Source: an uncultured Spirochaetota bacterium (GTDB lineage: Bacteria > Spirochaetota > Spirochaetia > SZUA-6 > Fen-1364). From it: a stretch of DNA of 64,000 nucleotides. A program made the translations under genes and the position numbers. The DNA is taken from NCBI GenBank assembly GCA_963820525.1, contig CAWGAA010000001.1, positions 1,952,001 through 2,016,000 on the forward strand, written 5' to 3'. Each line of letters starts with the position of its first letter. Position 1 is the stretch's first letter. Below are positions 18,679-29,004 of the stretch, one piece after another. The notes below the pieces were generated by a model that searched no databases, was not told the DNA's origin, and saw only the letters and a list, made by a program, of their open reading frames with translations.

Positions 18679-19122
18679 TCACCACAGCTGGGGAAGCGGC
18701 TGCCCAACCTCCAGCAGGGATTTCAGGCTCGAGAGCACCTTCGGCCATCCATCCGTGATGCCCTTCAGCATCTCGGAGCCGGGTTCGAGGCGATCGTGCG
18801 TCACAGTCAGGCGAACGACGCCGCGAAACGGCTCTATGTCGAACGTGACCCTCGTGTGCTTGTCCTCGCGTTTCTCATCGTCGGGGAAAGCCCATGATAA
18901 AACAAGTCTCCGAGGCGGGGAGTTTTCGATTACCCTTCCTACCATTTGGAGAGCTCCTTTCTTATCCGCGCTGCGATGTTCCCACCTCGAGCCGGTTTTC
19001 CAATCGGACAGATTCACATGCTGCCAATACTTCGTTGTTATCTCGGTGTCGAGAAGCGCGCTCCAGAGCTTCTCGGGCGTTGTCGAGATGTACGTGACAT
19101 ACACAAACTGAGGCTTATCCAT
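18679..19122 (-). CDS. SRPBCC/AHSA1 family protein
   Basis: YVTYISTTPEKLWSAL, GWPKVLSSLKSLLE; overlaps upstream ArsR gene. Confidence 0.88.
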   Translation of the reverse strand: MDKPQFVYVTYISTTPEKLWSALLDTEITTKYWQHVNLSDWKTGSRWEHRSADKKGALQMVGRVIENSPPRRLVLSWAFPDDEKREDKHTRVTFDIEPFRGVVRLTVTHDRLEPGSEMLKGITDGWPKVLSSLKSLLEVGQPLPQLW

Positions 19123-19438
19123 GCTTGTCTCCTTCCGCTCTGTTCTTGAGCTCGTGCAATATGTCCTGGTGACGCCGTTCATATTTTTCAATCCAACGCT
19201 CGTACATCTCGTGAATGGGTACGGGGTTGAGATAGTGCAGTTTTTCACGCCCCCGGCGGATTGTCGCAACGAGATTGGCGTCCTCCAGCCGCCGCAGATG
19301 CTGCGTCACCGCCTGTCGGGTCATGGTGAGGCGCTTGCACAGGCTCCCGAGCGTCTGTCCATTGTCGGCTCGAAGGCTGTCCAAGAGACGCCTTCGTGTC
19401 GGATCGGCGAGCGCCTTGAATACCCTATCCACGTCCAC
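19115..19438 (-). CDS. ArsR/SmtB family regulator
   Basis: VFKALADPTRRRLL...QHLRRLE...GREKLH. Confidence 0.92.
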   Translation of the reverse strand: MDVDRVFKALADPTRRRLLDSLRADNGQTLGSLCKRLTMTRQAVTQHLRRLEDANLVATIRRGREKLHYLNPVPIHEMYERWIEKYERRHQDILHELKNRAEGDKHG

Positions 19439-19444
19439 AGTCCC

Positions 19445-19474
19445 AATATATGCAAGAAAATGCTTGCATGTCAA
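19445..19474 (-). promoter_or_regulatory. Promoter with overlapping palindromic operator for arsR-like operon
   Basis: TTGACA-N18-TATATT; inverted repeat ATGCAAG-N6-CTTGCAT (19450-19469). Confidence 0.75.
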
Positions 19475-19562
19475 ATTCTGGCACGACCGAAAGCACGACG
19501 GATCTGCAACCCTTTGACGCCGAAGGCTCGTTCATTGTAGACTGTTACCGGAGCCCCAATCG

Positions 19563-20198
19563 ATGTTTTCCCCATCGACGTTGTCCGTATTCGTTCTTGC
19601 GGCGCTTGGCTTGTTGGTAATACCGGGTCCGGCAGTCTTGTACATTGTTACCAGAAGCGCGGCGCAAGGCCGCCGCGCAGGGCTCGCTTCAGTCCTCGGG
19701 ATAGAACTCGGAAGCCTCGTCCATTCAATTGCGGCCGCCATAGGCCTTTCAGCCATCCTTATGACATCAGCCCTCGCCTTCACCATAGTCAAATACGTCG
19801 GCTCGGCTTATCTTGTATACCTTGGCATTCGAACGCTCTTGACAAAGACAGATGCTGCCCAGCAGCTCAGCGCTCCTTCGCGCACCTATATGCAGCTCTT
19901 CGGGAAAGGATTTCTGGTAAACTTGCTGAACCCGAAGACGGCCCTTTTCTTTTATGCTTTCCTTCCTCAATTCGTGGATCCATCCCGTGGCACAGCGGTA
20001 CAGCAGATTCTCTTCCTGGGAGCATTGTTCGTGATTCTGGCAACATGCACCGACAGCACATACGCACTCATTGGATCGAGCGTAGGCAAGTTCGTTACGC
20101 GATGGCCAAACTATGGAAAATTCCAGCGTTATATTACGGGGGGAATCTATATAGCACTCGGAGTCGCGGCAGCCACATCGGGACATGGCAAGGATTGA
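19563..20198 (+). CDS. LysE/RhtB family exporter
   Basis: PGPAVL, NLLNPK..LFF.AFLPQF. Confidence 0.92.
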   Translation: MFSPSTLSVFVLAALGLLVIPGPAVLYIVTRSAAQGRRAGLASVLGIELGSLVHSIAAAIGLSAILMTSALAFTIVKYVGSAYLVYLGIRTLLTKTDAAQQLSAPSRTYMQLFGKGFLVNLLNPKTALFFYAFLPQFVDPSRGTAVQQILFLGALFVILATCTDSTYALIGSSVGKFVTRWPNYGKFQRYITGGIYIALGVAAATSGHGKD

Positions 20199-20229
20199 CG
20201 TGTAAGCCTCATCAGAATGGAGGGAGAGT

Positions 20230-20661
20230 ATGAAGGAAAAGAGAACGGGAGAACTGGTTGCCGGGATCATCGGGAACATCCTCGCAATCGTCATCATCAA
20301 CACCGCCCTTCTCTGGAGACAATGGACGCACGGCGTTGTCCTGGAAAGCTGGGTAGACATCCTCTGGGCGGCCAATCTCTCCCTCTTGGTACAGATTGCC
20401 GGCAACCTGATTCTCGTATTCTATCGTCCGCCAAGGGCGTATTGGCTTTTTCAGGCACTGTTCGCCGCTGTCGGCTTGGTTTCGCTCATCGTATTCTATA
20501 TCGTATTTCCTCTCGACTTCTCACAGCTGGTCGGTATCTGGCTCAATACGCTTCTCAAGATAATCATGATCATCGGGATGATCGGGACGCTTATCGGATT
20601 CGTCGTCCATCTGGTTCGGCTTGTTTTGGGAAAGCCTTATGCAGAGACTGCGAATAAATAG
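20230..20661 (+). CDS. Hypothetical membrane protein
   Basis: About four hydrophobic segments; GGAG RBS. Confidence 0.7.
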   Translation: MKEKRTGELVAGIIGNILAIVIINTALLWRQWTHGVVLESWVDILWAANLSLLVQIAGNLILVFYRPPRAYWLFQALFAAVGLVSLIVFYIVFPLDFSQLVGIWLNTLLKIIMIIGMIGTLIGFVVHLVRLVLGKPYAETANK

Positions 20662-20679
20662 GCTTCGATCGCGTACTTT

Positions 20680-21054
20680 CTAATTCCGCGATGGAAAGAT
20701 GAGTCCCCTGAGCCAGCCAAGGAGAACGATCAGGAGACCGAGAAGGATCATCCACCAGAAATTGAACCAGGCACCCGCGGCCATAACCAGGAATCCGAGA
20801 AATCGAACGCCCTGCATCGCGGCGGACATGTACCGCTTTATATATCGACCGAAGGAAGTGTCGCGGTATCTGTCGAGGGCAGCAAACCTGATGAGAACCA
20901 GTGAAGCAAGTATCGATGGTACCAGAGAGACCGCTATCGCAGCGGCCCACAAGTAATGCCAGAAAAGATACAGTGAGAAGGGCGTGGTTCCCCAGTCGAT
21001 CAAAAGTTTCGCGGGATGGATTTGATGATAAAGCTGTTTCTCTTGCCTCGTCAT
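20680..21054 (-). CDS. Hypothetical membrane protein
   Basis: LYHQIHPAKL then hydrophobic helices; start uncertain. Confidence 0.65.
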   Translation of the reverse strand: MTRQEKQLYHQIHPAKLLIDWGTTPFSLYLFWHYLWAAAIAVSLVPSILASLVLIRFAALDRYRDTSFGRYIKRYMSAAMQGVRFLGFLVMAAGAWFNFWWMILLGLLIVLLGWLRGLIFPSRN

Positions 21055-21248
21055 TCTTCTGCTCAAAGATAGGCAAAGCAGACGTGAAAGAGAAGCTGCC
21101 GGCTCGCACCCCCGCAGTCGAAGGCACCGAGCTTTCCCAGGTTGCGTTCACTGGTACGGCGATGTAAGATATGAAGGGTTAATTCAGAGAAAGAAGCATA
21201 CGGCGCCTCTGATAAACGATAGACTGCACCGTACGGCGGTGCCCTCAG

Positions 21249-21893
21249 ATGGACAACGTATTCATCAAATACATCCAGGATGGGAAGATCCACACCCTCG
21301 GAGAGTTGAAAAGAGTCTACCGGAGAGCTGTCATGAAGACTCATCCGGACAGCGTCGGCTCGGAACGGCTTGTCGGCAAATTCATCGAATTCGGCGGCCA
21401 GTACGAGGAAGCGAAGCGATTCCTGGGGAGGCTTGCGCCTGCCGAAATCGAAAAAACTCAAGAGCACAATTTCCGTTTGTCGTTCTTCCAGGAATTGAAG
21501 AAGCTTCATGCTCTTGAGTTGTCATTCACCGTGGGAAGGCGATCCAATGAGGAGAGAATGGGGCTGGCGCGAGATGAGGCCCTCAGCTGCTTTTTGAAAT
21601 GGAAGGGTGACTGCTCTGATCTCTATCTGGCAGCAGCCCGCGAATACGAGCAGGTAAGAAAGGAAAAACCGGCGGGCCCGTACAGGAAACATGAATTGTA
21701 TTTCAACCTTCGGCCGGTTTTCCATAATATCATCTTCTACCATCTCACTGCGGTCGAGTTCTATCGCAGGCAAATGAGACAGAACTTATCCGCCATCATG
21801 CAGCGCCTGGAGGAAAGAAATCTTCTGGCTCTGCGGGACTTCCTTCGACTGCTGATCGACGATGTCGAAAATGGACCGGCGCTCCTTGGGTAG
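21249..21893 (+). CDS. J-domain-like protein
   Basis: LKRVYRRAVMKTHPD. Confidence 0.6.
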   Translation: MDNVFIKYIQDGKIHTLGELKRVYRRAVMKTHPDSVGSERLVGKFIEFGGQYEEAKRFLGRLAPAEIEKTQEHNFRLSFFQELKKLHALELSFTVGRRSNEERMGLARDEALSCFLKWKGDCSDLYLAAAREYEQVRKEKPAGPYRKHELYFNLRPVFHNIIFYHLTAVEFYRRQMRQNLSAIMQRLEERNLLALRDFLRLLIDDVENGPALLG

Positions 21894-21965
21894 CCGGGCG
21901 CTTTTGGAGGCAACCGCGCATGGACATCAGCCCGGACGCTGCCCGGGCCATGTAGGAGGGCGACC

Positions 21966-22445
21966 ATGAAAGCGTTGGTCATTTACGATTCCATCTATGG
22001 AAACACCCAGAGCATTGCCCGCTCAATCGGCAAAGCTCTGGGTCCTCGGGAAGACGTCGAAACGGTCAAAGTCAGCGACGTGAAAGAGCAGCAGATAGCC
22101 GAAACGGATCTGCTGGTAGTCGGCTCCCCAACGAGGGCGTTCAGGCCTACAAGACCGGTGAGCGATTTTCTGAAGAAGCTTCCGGCAAACGCCATCAGGG
22201 GTCTCAAAGTGGCCGCTTTTGACACACGAATATCGCTCACCGATATCACGTCTCCCGTTCTCCGCAGATTCCTGGGTCTCTTCGGCTATGCTTCTCAGCC
22301 CATTGCAAATGGGCTGCGGAAAAAAGGCGGAGAGCTCATCATGCCTCCAGAAGGTTTCTTTGTAGAAGCGTCGGAAGGTCCGCTCAAAGACGGAGAGCTC
22401 CTGAGAGCCGAGCAATGGGCACGGCAGATCGCAAATAGGCTCTAG
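21966..22445 (+). CDS. Flavodoxin family protein
   Basis: YDSIYGNT, VGSPT, AAFDTR. Confidence 0.9.
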   Translation: MKALVIYDSIYGNTQSIARSIGKALGPREDVETVKVSDVKEQQIAETDLLVVGSPTRAFRPTRPVSDFLKKLPANAIRGLKVAAFDTRISLTDITSPVLRRFLGLFGYASQPIANGLRKKGGELIMPPEGFFVEASEGPLKDGELLRAEQWARQIANRL

Positions 22446-22531
22446 ATCACAAGGCCCTCGGCCCGAGCGAGAATTGCCCGCCTTCTCCGCCCCGGCTGTT
22501 CCACCATGCGATACCTGCATATATTTGTCCC

Positions 22532-22960
22532 ATGAAGACGACACACATCGCTCAGGCCAGCATCGCCATTCAAGCGAATGCGGAGAGAGTATGGGATGCC
22601 CTGACCAATCCCGAGCTCATCAAGCAATACCTCTTCGGTACCGACGCGCGCTCGGATTGGAAGGTCGGCAGCTCCATTACCTACAAAGGCGTCTGGAAGG
22701 GCAAGCCGTATGAAGACAAGGGCAAAATCCTGGAACTTGTACCGAACAGATTGCTGAAATCCACGTTCTGGAGCCAGTTATCCGGGCTGGCCGACAAGCC
22801 GGAAAACTACAATACGATCACGTGGGAGCTTGCGGAAACCAACGGCGAAACCACGCTCACCATCACTCAGGACAACAATCCGACCAAAGAATCCGTAAGC
22901 CATTCGGAAGGCAATTGGGCTTCGGTTCTCAAGGCCATGAAGGATCTCCTGGAAAAGTAG
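22532..22960 (+). CDS. SRPBCC domain protein
   Basis: VWDALTNPELIKQY, SDWKVGS. Confidence 0.88.
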   Translation: MKTTHIAQASIAIQANAERVWDALTNPELIKQYLFGTDARSDWKVGSSITYKGVWKGKPYEDKGKILELVPNRLLKSTFWSQLSGLADKPENYNTITWELAETNGETTLTITQDNNPTKESVSHSEGNWASVLKAMKDLLEK

Positions 22961-22986
22961 CAGCGGCACCCTTCTCTGGGCTCGGC

Positions 22987-23181
22987 TTACTCCTCCGGTA
23001 TCACGAGCCAGAGGATCAGATAGACCAGGATTCCGGGAAATGCAGCCGAGACCACGGAGATGATGACATAGAGAAGCCGCGCGAGGGTGGGATCGATGCC
23101 GATGTACTCGGCGATCCCTCCGACGACGCCTCCAAACATCCGGTTTGTCCCGGATCTCCGCAGGGGTTTCTTGACATCCAT
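22987..23181 (-). CDS. PspC domain protein
   Basis: RMFGGVVGGIAEY...YLILWLVIPE. Confidence 0.9.
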   Translation of the reverse strand: MDVKKPLRRSGTNRMFGGVVGGIAEYIGIDPTLARLLYVIISVVSAAFPGILVYLILWLVIPEE

Positions 23182-23246
23182 TCAGTGCCCTCCTTTCGTC
23201 ACATCATTGAACACGGGACCAGGCGCCCGTCGACACCCACGGGTCA

Positions 23247-23429
23247 ATGGTCCTTACGAGAGCAATTCATGATCACCACCAACGCATCGATAAGCGGCCA
23301 TTTCATCTTCACCACGAGGCCAGGATCTCATCCCCGCGGGATTTCGACGGCGATCTCCTGGATTGGCTGAAGAAGGCGTATAGGATCAGCGGCAGATCCT
23401 GCCGCATCACCTCGAGGCGAACCGCATGA
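23247..23429 (+). pseudogene. Possible DUF5655-like C-terminal remnant
   Basis: HHEARISSPRDFDGDLLDWLKKAY pattern; N-terminus absent. Confidence 0.4.
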
Positions 23430-23495
23430 ACAAGTGCGCCGCCGCCGAGCACCGGCGACGACGCACCCAAGCATCCACTCCCTTGATCCGCCAGC

Positions 23496-25244
23496 TCACC
23501 TCAGGGCAAACTGTATGGCCTGCCCTGCAACGATATACCAGGTGACGAAAAGCCCATTGATGAAGGCGCCCGCATAGACACGGCCCGTTTTCTCGTAGAA
23601 CCAGGTCGAGATGATCGAGGCGACAATCATGAGAGGCAGGAACTGGATGGCCACGATCGTGTTCAGCGGCTGATCCGGGCTCAGGAGCATTCCATTGGCG
23701 AAGAGCGGAATATATTCCAGAAGCAGAAACACGAGAAACCCGCCCGCCATGATTCCCATGTTGGCCAGATAGCGCACCCCAGCCTTCGCCTTTGGCAGAC
23801 GGAACTCGGCATGCAGCGTGATCGAGGAGATCAGAAAGAACGCGGCGAAGGGCAGGAGATATCGCAGGAAGATGCCGAACTGCAGGGGGCTCATGGGCTT
23901 GAGGGCGAGCACCCAGAAGCGGAAATCGATCTTGAAGAAATAGCCGGCAAGGGAAATGAGCACGCAGCCTGCAAAGACGATAGCGACCGCAAATAGGGCA
24001 TCAAGCCAGATGAATCCCCATTCACCCTTGTCCCCTCCCGCCAGCCCATAGGTGGCGGAAGTGGCGCCCTGCTTCCTGTTGGAAAACGCGTGCCAGAGAA
24101 CGAAGAGGATCAGGAAAATCGCGCCATTCATGAGAGCCCAGACCATGATCTGGCTGGTTATCGTCTGGGGGAAGAGCCACGACGCCTTCACGTTCGCGCC
24201 AAGAGTCATGAAGGTGTAGAAGGAGACGACCGGGATGGCGGCCGCGAAGGCGGCGGAGACCCACCAGGCGAAGCCGTTGATCGGTTTCGCCTCCGGAACA
24301 GGCCGGGCGAGCCGGGCGAAAGTCCTGGTTCCAAGCAGGGAGCGCCCCATTCCGAGAAGGAAGAAAACCAGACCGATGAAGCCGACCAGGGTTGCAAGCT
24401 CTTTCCAGATCCACACCTGGTTTCCGGTGGCCAGGGTTTGCCCGCCTGTGAGCGTCTGGGAAAACCAGCCGAGCGCGTAGCCGATTGCGACGTTGGACAG
24501 ATGATCTCCGGGATGGGTCGTCACCGGCACGTAGAGGACTCGCGCCGATCCGTCCACGATCGATCCGTAGAGCTTTCCCGGCTCGATATCGGTTGCGACC
24601 CCGAAGACTTTCTTCAGTTTTTCGCTTTTCACCGCGTCGGCGGCCTTCGGGATGCTCCACATGAGCTGGGAGAACTCGTCGTACTTGCTGTACACAACGG
24701 CAAGATTCCTCGGCCAGGCGGGGCTGCCCTCAGCAGCGAACGGAGCGCCGGTGGAGGAGCCTTCCAGCACGACTGATTTGTATTCCTTCTGCATGACCGC
24801 GGCGGCGGCGAGGATCGTCCACCCCCCCATGGAGTGTCCTTCCATGCCGATGTTATCCTTGTCCACAATGTCCAGCGACCGGAGAAACTTTAGCCCATCG
24901 GGCCCGCCGAACCCGTTGGCGAAGGCCGGCGGATCCGAGTAGCCGTGGCCCGTCTGGTCCAGGGCGAGAACAACGTAGCCGCGCCGGGCAAGCTCGATGG
25001 CAAAGCCGGACTGCGTCTCCCGCGAGTTGATGTAGCCATGGACCGCGAGGATGGCAGGCGCCGGAGTCTTGGGCGTTGCGGTCTTGGGCACGTAGAGCAG
25101 GCCGCTCATGAGCGTCCCGTTCGCCCCCATGAAGCGGACATCGCGGATCGCAACGCTCCCCCCGTTCGTCTGGATGATCCACCCCACGACGCCGGCGACG
25201 ATCACCAGCGCTACTCCGAGGATAAGAAAGAGGTTCCGTTTCAT
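23496..25244 (-). CDS. Membrane-anchored alpha/beta hydrolase with C-terminal multi-TM domain
   Basis: VHGY, GHSMGG; many C-terminal hydrophobic helices. Confidence 0.85.
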   Translation of the reverse strand: MKRNLFLILGVALVIVAGVVGWIIQTNGGSVAIRDVRFMGANGTLMSGLLYVPKTATPKTPAPAILAVHGYINSRETQSGFAIELARRGYVVLALDQTGHGYSDPPAFANGFGGPDGLKFLRSLDIVDKDNIGMEGHSMGGWTILAAAAVMQKEYKSVVLEGSSTGAPFAAEGSPAWPRNLAVVYSKYDEFSQLMWSIPKAADAVKSEKLKKVFGVATDIEPGKLYGSIVDGSARVLYVPVTTHPGDHLSNVAIGYALGWFSQTLTGGQTLATGNQVWIWKELATLVGFIGLVFFLLGMGRSLLGTRTFARLARPVPEAKPINGFAWWVSAAFAAAIPVVSFYTFMTLGANVKASWLFPQTITSQIMVWALMNGAIFLILFVLWHAFSNRKQGATSATYGLAGGDKGEWGFIWLDALFAVAIVFAGCVLISLAGYFFKIDFRFWVLALKPMSPLQFGIFLRYLLPFAAFFLISSITLHAEFRLPKAKAGVRYLANMGIMAGGFLVFLLLEYIPLFANGMLLSPDQPLNTIVAIQFLPLMIVASIISTWFYEKTGRVYAGAFINGLFVTWYIVAGQAIQFALR

Positions 25245-25340
25245 CGAAATCCTCCTTATAATTGTGGATTGCTTATTCTATACCCTGGATTGCACGCTGT
25301 CCATGATTATTGCAGGATCATAGCGAGGAGGATCCCCCTC

Positions 25341-26039
25341 ATGCCCGACTATGCCGACATCTTCACCAACCATGCGGCCAAATATGACCTGCTGGTATCA
25401 CGGGAAGACTATCAGAACAACCTTTTCACAACGATCAACAGCCTGTACCTGCTGCAGAAGAGCTACGACGCGGCCGACCTTGGAGCTGGCACGGGGAGGG
25501 TCTCGTTCGTTCTGGCTCCCCACGTGAGGCATATCTATGGAATCGAAGTGTCGAAGGGCATGATCGGCCAGGCAAGAACCAGGCAGGCGCGGCAGGGAGT
25601 GGATAACATAGAGTTCAGGGAAGGAAGCCACCTCTCGATCCCATTGCCCGATCACTGCGTGGATCTCGTCGTCGAAGGATGGAGCTTCGGCTATCTCGCC
25701 GTTCAAAGCAAGGAAGAGTGGCGGCCGAACATCGAAAGGGTTTTCGCGGAGGTGGAAAGAATCGTCAGATCCAATGGAATCATCATTGTCATCGAGACTT
25801 TGGGAACGATGAGGGAGCAGCCGCAGCCGCCCGCAAACCTTCGGCCTTTCTACGATCACCTCGAACAGCGATTGGGGTTCGCCAAGAAGCAGATCCGAAC
25901 CGATTACAGGTTCCAGTCGATCGAGGAGGCTGTGGACCTCATATCGTTCTTCTTTGGAGAAGAGATGGGGCGGGAAACAAAGGCCAGAAACAGCGTTATC
26001 GTTCCGGAATGCACGGGAGTCTGGTACAAATACACGTGA
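25341..26039 (+). CDS. Class I SAM-dependent methyltransferase
   Basis: DLGAGTG; GAGGAGG RBS. Confidence 0.88.
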   Translation: MPDYADIFTNHAAKYDLLVSREDYQNNLFTTINSLYLLQKSYDAADLGAGTGRVSFVLAPHVRHIYGIEVSKGMIGQARTRQARQGVDNIEFREGSHLSIPLPDHCVDLVVEGWSFGYLAVQSKEEWRPNIERVFAEVERIVRSNGIIIVIETLGTMREQPQPPANLRPFYDHLEQRLGFAKKQIRTDYRFQSIEEAVDLISFFFGEEMGRETKARNSVIVPECTGVWYKYT

Positions 26040-26186
26040 GATTGCCGGCCCGCTTGGCGATCATCGAACCGAAGCGCGTCGGGGAAGATGCCTCCTTCAT
26101 CGCGTCGGAAATAGCCTCCCGTCGAATCTGACCTCTTGATGCATTGCGGACTTTCGTGATTACTATTTCATCACAAAAGGTTTGCC

Positions 26187-26816
26187 ATGAAGAACAGCGC
26201 CATCACGATCTTGACCAAGCCGTTCGATTCACGTTCGAGGAGGACTGATATGGTGCGAGCTTTGAGGCATAGAGGGAAATCAAGACGCGCGCTCTTGTGC
26301 ATCTTGATATTCATCTCTACCGCGGAAATCTCGTTTGCAGGCGATTTCACAGCGGGACTGTCCCTCCCCTACCTCGGGCAAGGGCTCTACCAGGGAAATG
26401 CCGTTACGCTCCTGAACCTCTCCCCCTTTTCCCTTGAATACTCGGCTCTTCCCTTGCTGGGCATCCGCATCGCTGCGATAACGCTTTTCTCGCTGCCGGC
26501 TCCGGCAATCATCAAGGAGTTCTGGTTCGTCCTGGAGCTTCCCCTGTATCCTTTCGCATCCGACAACCTCCCGGATGAGGGCTTCTACATCGGTCCGGTT
26601 GCATTCTCCCAGCTCAACGATCAGGACTTTGGAAACTACTATTGGGGAATCGGGCTCTCCGCCGGATACAAGGTGATCCTCGGGCCTTTCACAATTCGAT
26701 CGGGGCTGTGGGCAGGATATCATCAGCTCTTCGACATGTCCCTCGCCGTCCCTGAAGGCAGCAAGGCCGGCATAGCGATCGGGTTGACGCTCCTCGAGGC
26801 CGGGCTCGCTTTCTAG
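26187..26816 (+). CDS. Hypothetical exported protein, possibly a small beta-barrel
   Basis: Signal-like segment, amphipathic strands, C-terminal Phe; start uncertain. Confidence 0.5.
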   Translation: MKNSAITILTKPFDSRSRRTDMVRALRHRGKSRRALLCILIFISTAEISFAGDFTAGLSLPYLGQGLYQGNAVTLLNLSPFSLEYSALPLLGIRIAAITLFSLPAPAIIKEFWFVLELPLYPFASDNLPDEGFYIGPVAFSQLNDQDFGNYYWGIGLSAGYKVILGPFTIRSGLWAGYHQLFDMSLAVPEGSKAGIAIGLTLLEAGLAF

Positions 26817-27068
26817 TTCTGCCCGGGAAACCCGCGCAGCGCGCGAGCGTTTGACGGCGCCGAGGCCGCGCTTGACATCGGACAAAGAATATGTACTCTC
26901 GATCCTGACAACCACAGACGGAGGTATGGATGAAAGCTCTTGTTCGCACATGCTTCGAAAGGGTCCGCAAAACACGGGCTCACGGAGGTGATCGAGGCTT
27001 CCCTCGCTGAAGCGCTCGACCGGTTCCTCCGTGGGCGTGCTCTTTCTCTCTTGTGGAGGAATCAACAC

Positions 27069-27437
27069 GTGTCTCGCTTCCCAACACTCGAACAAAACGG
27101 GGAACCTTTCAGTTGCATCCACTGTAAGAATCTGATAGATGATCGGGCTCCCGGCACGGACCAGCGAAACCACTGTCCCCGATGCCTGTGGAGCAAACAC
27201 GTCGACTTTCGATGCGGTGACAGGAGGTCCGCTTGCCAGGCGGCCATGGAGCCGATCGCCGTTTGGGTCAAACCGAACGGCGAGTGGTCGATCATCCACA
27301 TGTGCGGGGCGTGCGGCGCGATCCGGGCGAACAGGATAGCGGGCGACGATAACGAGCTCGTTTTGCTGTCGCTTGCCATCAAGCCCCTGGCCCGGCCTGC
27401 ATTCCCCCTGGACAAGCTGGATGTGCCCGGCTATTAA
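27069..27437 (+). CDS. RNHCP domain protein
   Basis: RNHCPRCLWSKHVD and further Cys/His pairs; GGAGG RBS with GTG start. Confidence 0.9.
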   Translation: MSRFPTLEQNGEPFSCIHCKNLIDDRAPGTDQRNHCPRCLWSKHVDFRCGDRRSACQAAMEPIAVWVKPNGEWSIIHMCGACGAIRANRIAGDDNELVLLSLAIKPLARPAFPLDKLDVPGY

Positions 27438-28425
27438 AAACCCATGCCCCCTCCCACGGGGGCATGGTAATCTTGACGCCATCACCGAAGCTCGCAAAAG
27501 CGATCTCCACAATCACTCCCTGCTGGGGACTCGACTGGAGAACATCGAATCATGGGCCGGCGCCGCACTGCGGCCCGCGCCGCAGCGCATGGGCTCTCTG
27601 GACGAGATGCGCGAATACATGCACGATGCGCTCTACCCGCACATCCTGTGCCGGGGCGGCTTCGAGTTCACCGCGGAATCCGCGATACGCGACGCGCTTG
27701 CCGATGCGGTGGTTCTTCTGGAGATGAGCCTCGACGTGCGCTGCGCCCGGTTCTATCAGAGCGGCCTCGATGGCTTCTTTCACTTCATTGTCGGGCTGAA
27801 AAAGAAATACAGTGACCGCATCAGTTTCCGTCCCGAGATCGGCGTTTCCAAAAACCGCGATCCGGAGGCCGAAATCACCATTGCAATGGAGTGCGTATCT
27901 TCCGGGGTTTTCGACTCGATCGATCTCTACGGCAATGAGGATGCCCAGCCGCCCGAGGTGTACCGGAGCCTCTACCGGCAGGCGAGGAAGCGGGGCCTGA
28001 AGCTCAAGGCTCACGTCGGGGAGTTCGGCAGCGCCGAGCTCGTCCTTCGCACCGTCGCTGCCCTCGATCTGGATGAGGTGCAGCACGGGATCGCGGCGGC
28101 AGCTTCCCGGCCCGCAATGAAGATGCTGCGCAGCCGCGGCATACGATTGAACGTCTGCCCCACCAGCAACGTGCGCCTGGGCGTCGTCGAGGACATTTCA
28201 CGCCACCCCATCCGCGCGCTCGTTGACAGCGGGCTTCGGGTCACGATCAATTCGGACGATCTTGCGATATTCGGCCAGTCGGTTTCCCAGGAATACCTCA
28301 ATCTCTATCGAGCCCGCGTTCTCACCGCGGAAGAGCTCGAGGAGATCCGGCAGGAGGGCCTGCGGGGCATCGGCAGCCCGACGGAGGAACAGCGTTCGGG
28401 AATGGATCCAGGAGGCGAGCGGTGA
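27421..28425 (+). CDS. Adenosine deaminase family protein (start uncertain)
   Basis: KSDLHNH, HVGE, QHG, CPTSN, NSDD. Confidence 0.85.
   Translation: MCPAIKNPCPLPRGHGNLDAITEARKSDLHNHSLLGTRLENIESWAGAALRPAPQRMGSLDEMREYMHDALYPHILCRGGFEFTAESAIRDALADAVVLLEMSLDVRCARFYQSGLDGFFHFIVGLKKKYSDRISFRPEIGVSKNRDPEAEITIAMECVSSGVFDSIDLYGNEDAQPPEVYRSLYRQARKRGLKLKAHVGEFGSAELVLRTVAALDLDEVQHGIAAAASRPAMKMLRSRGIRLNVCPTSNVRLGVVEDISRHPIRALVDSGLRVTINSDDLAIFGQSVSQEYLNLYRARVLTAEELEEIRQEGLRGIGSPTEEQRSGMDPGGER
27442..27467. terminator. Perfect 10-bp hairpin after the RNHCP gene
   Basis: CCATGCCCCC-TCCCAC-GGGGGCATGG preceded by an A-tract. Confidence 0.5.
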
Positions 28426-28988
28426 TAATGAGCTTTCTCAGAGACCTGGCCAGGGTCTTCAGCAGGCCTCGCTCTCTGTACAGCGGCATCTCGCAAGGCC
28501 GCGCCGCGCCGAGCTGGATGTGCGTCCTTCTCTATTGTCTCGCCTATGAGGTGGGGGTGCTCTGGCTCTATTTCAGCGGCTTCACCCCCTTCGCGGAGCC
28601 CTGGCTGAGATTGAGGGAGGACACCTACTACCTGGCGGAGGCCTTCTACATCCTCCCCCTCGTCTTCCTCATGTGGATCTTGGGGGCCGGCGTACTTCAC
28701 CTCATCAGCATGCATGTTTTCGGAGGCAGGGGCCGCTTCGAGACCGTGTTCACCATGACCGGTTATTCGCTGTGGGCGCCCTGGTACCCGCTCATCGTGG
28801 TCGACTGCATCCACGCCACGCCGCAGTGGCTCTACAACATCGTCCTGGGAGCCAGCATGCTCTTCATGCTTTTCCAGACCGCGCTGGCGGCGCGCACCGA
28901 GGAGAAAATCGGATGGGCGTCCGCCGTGCTGGCTTCGCTCGTGTCGGTCGGCTCGATCGGTGTTATCCTTTACACGTACATCCGCTAG
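28422..28988 (+). CDS. Yip1-like membrane protein
   Basis: Five TM segments, FGGRGRF. Confidence 0.6.
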   Translation: MIMSFLRDLARVFSRPRSLYSGISQGRAAPSWMCVLLYCLAYEVGVLWLYFSGFTPFAEPWLRLREDTYYLAEAFYILPLVFLMWILGAGVLHLISMHVFGGRGRFETVFTMTGYSLWAPWYPLIVVDCIHATPQWLYNIVLGASMLFMLFQTALAARTEEKIGWASAVLASLVSVGSIGVILYTYIR

Positions 28989-29004
28989 AATGGAGGAAAG
29001 CCCG

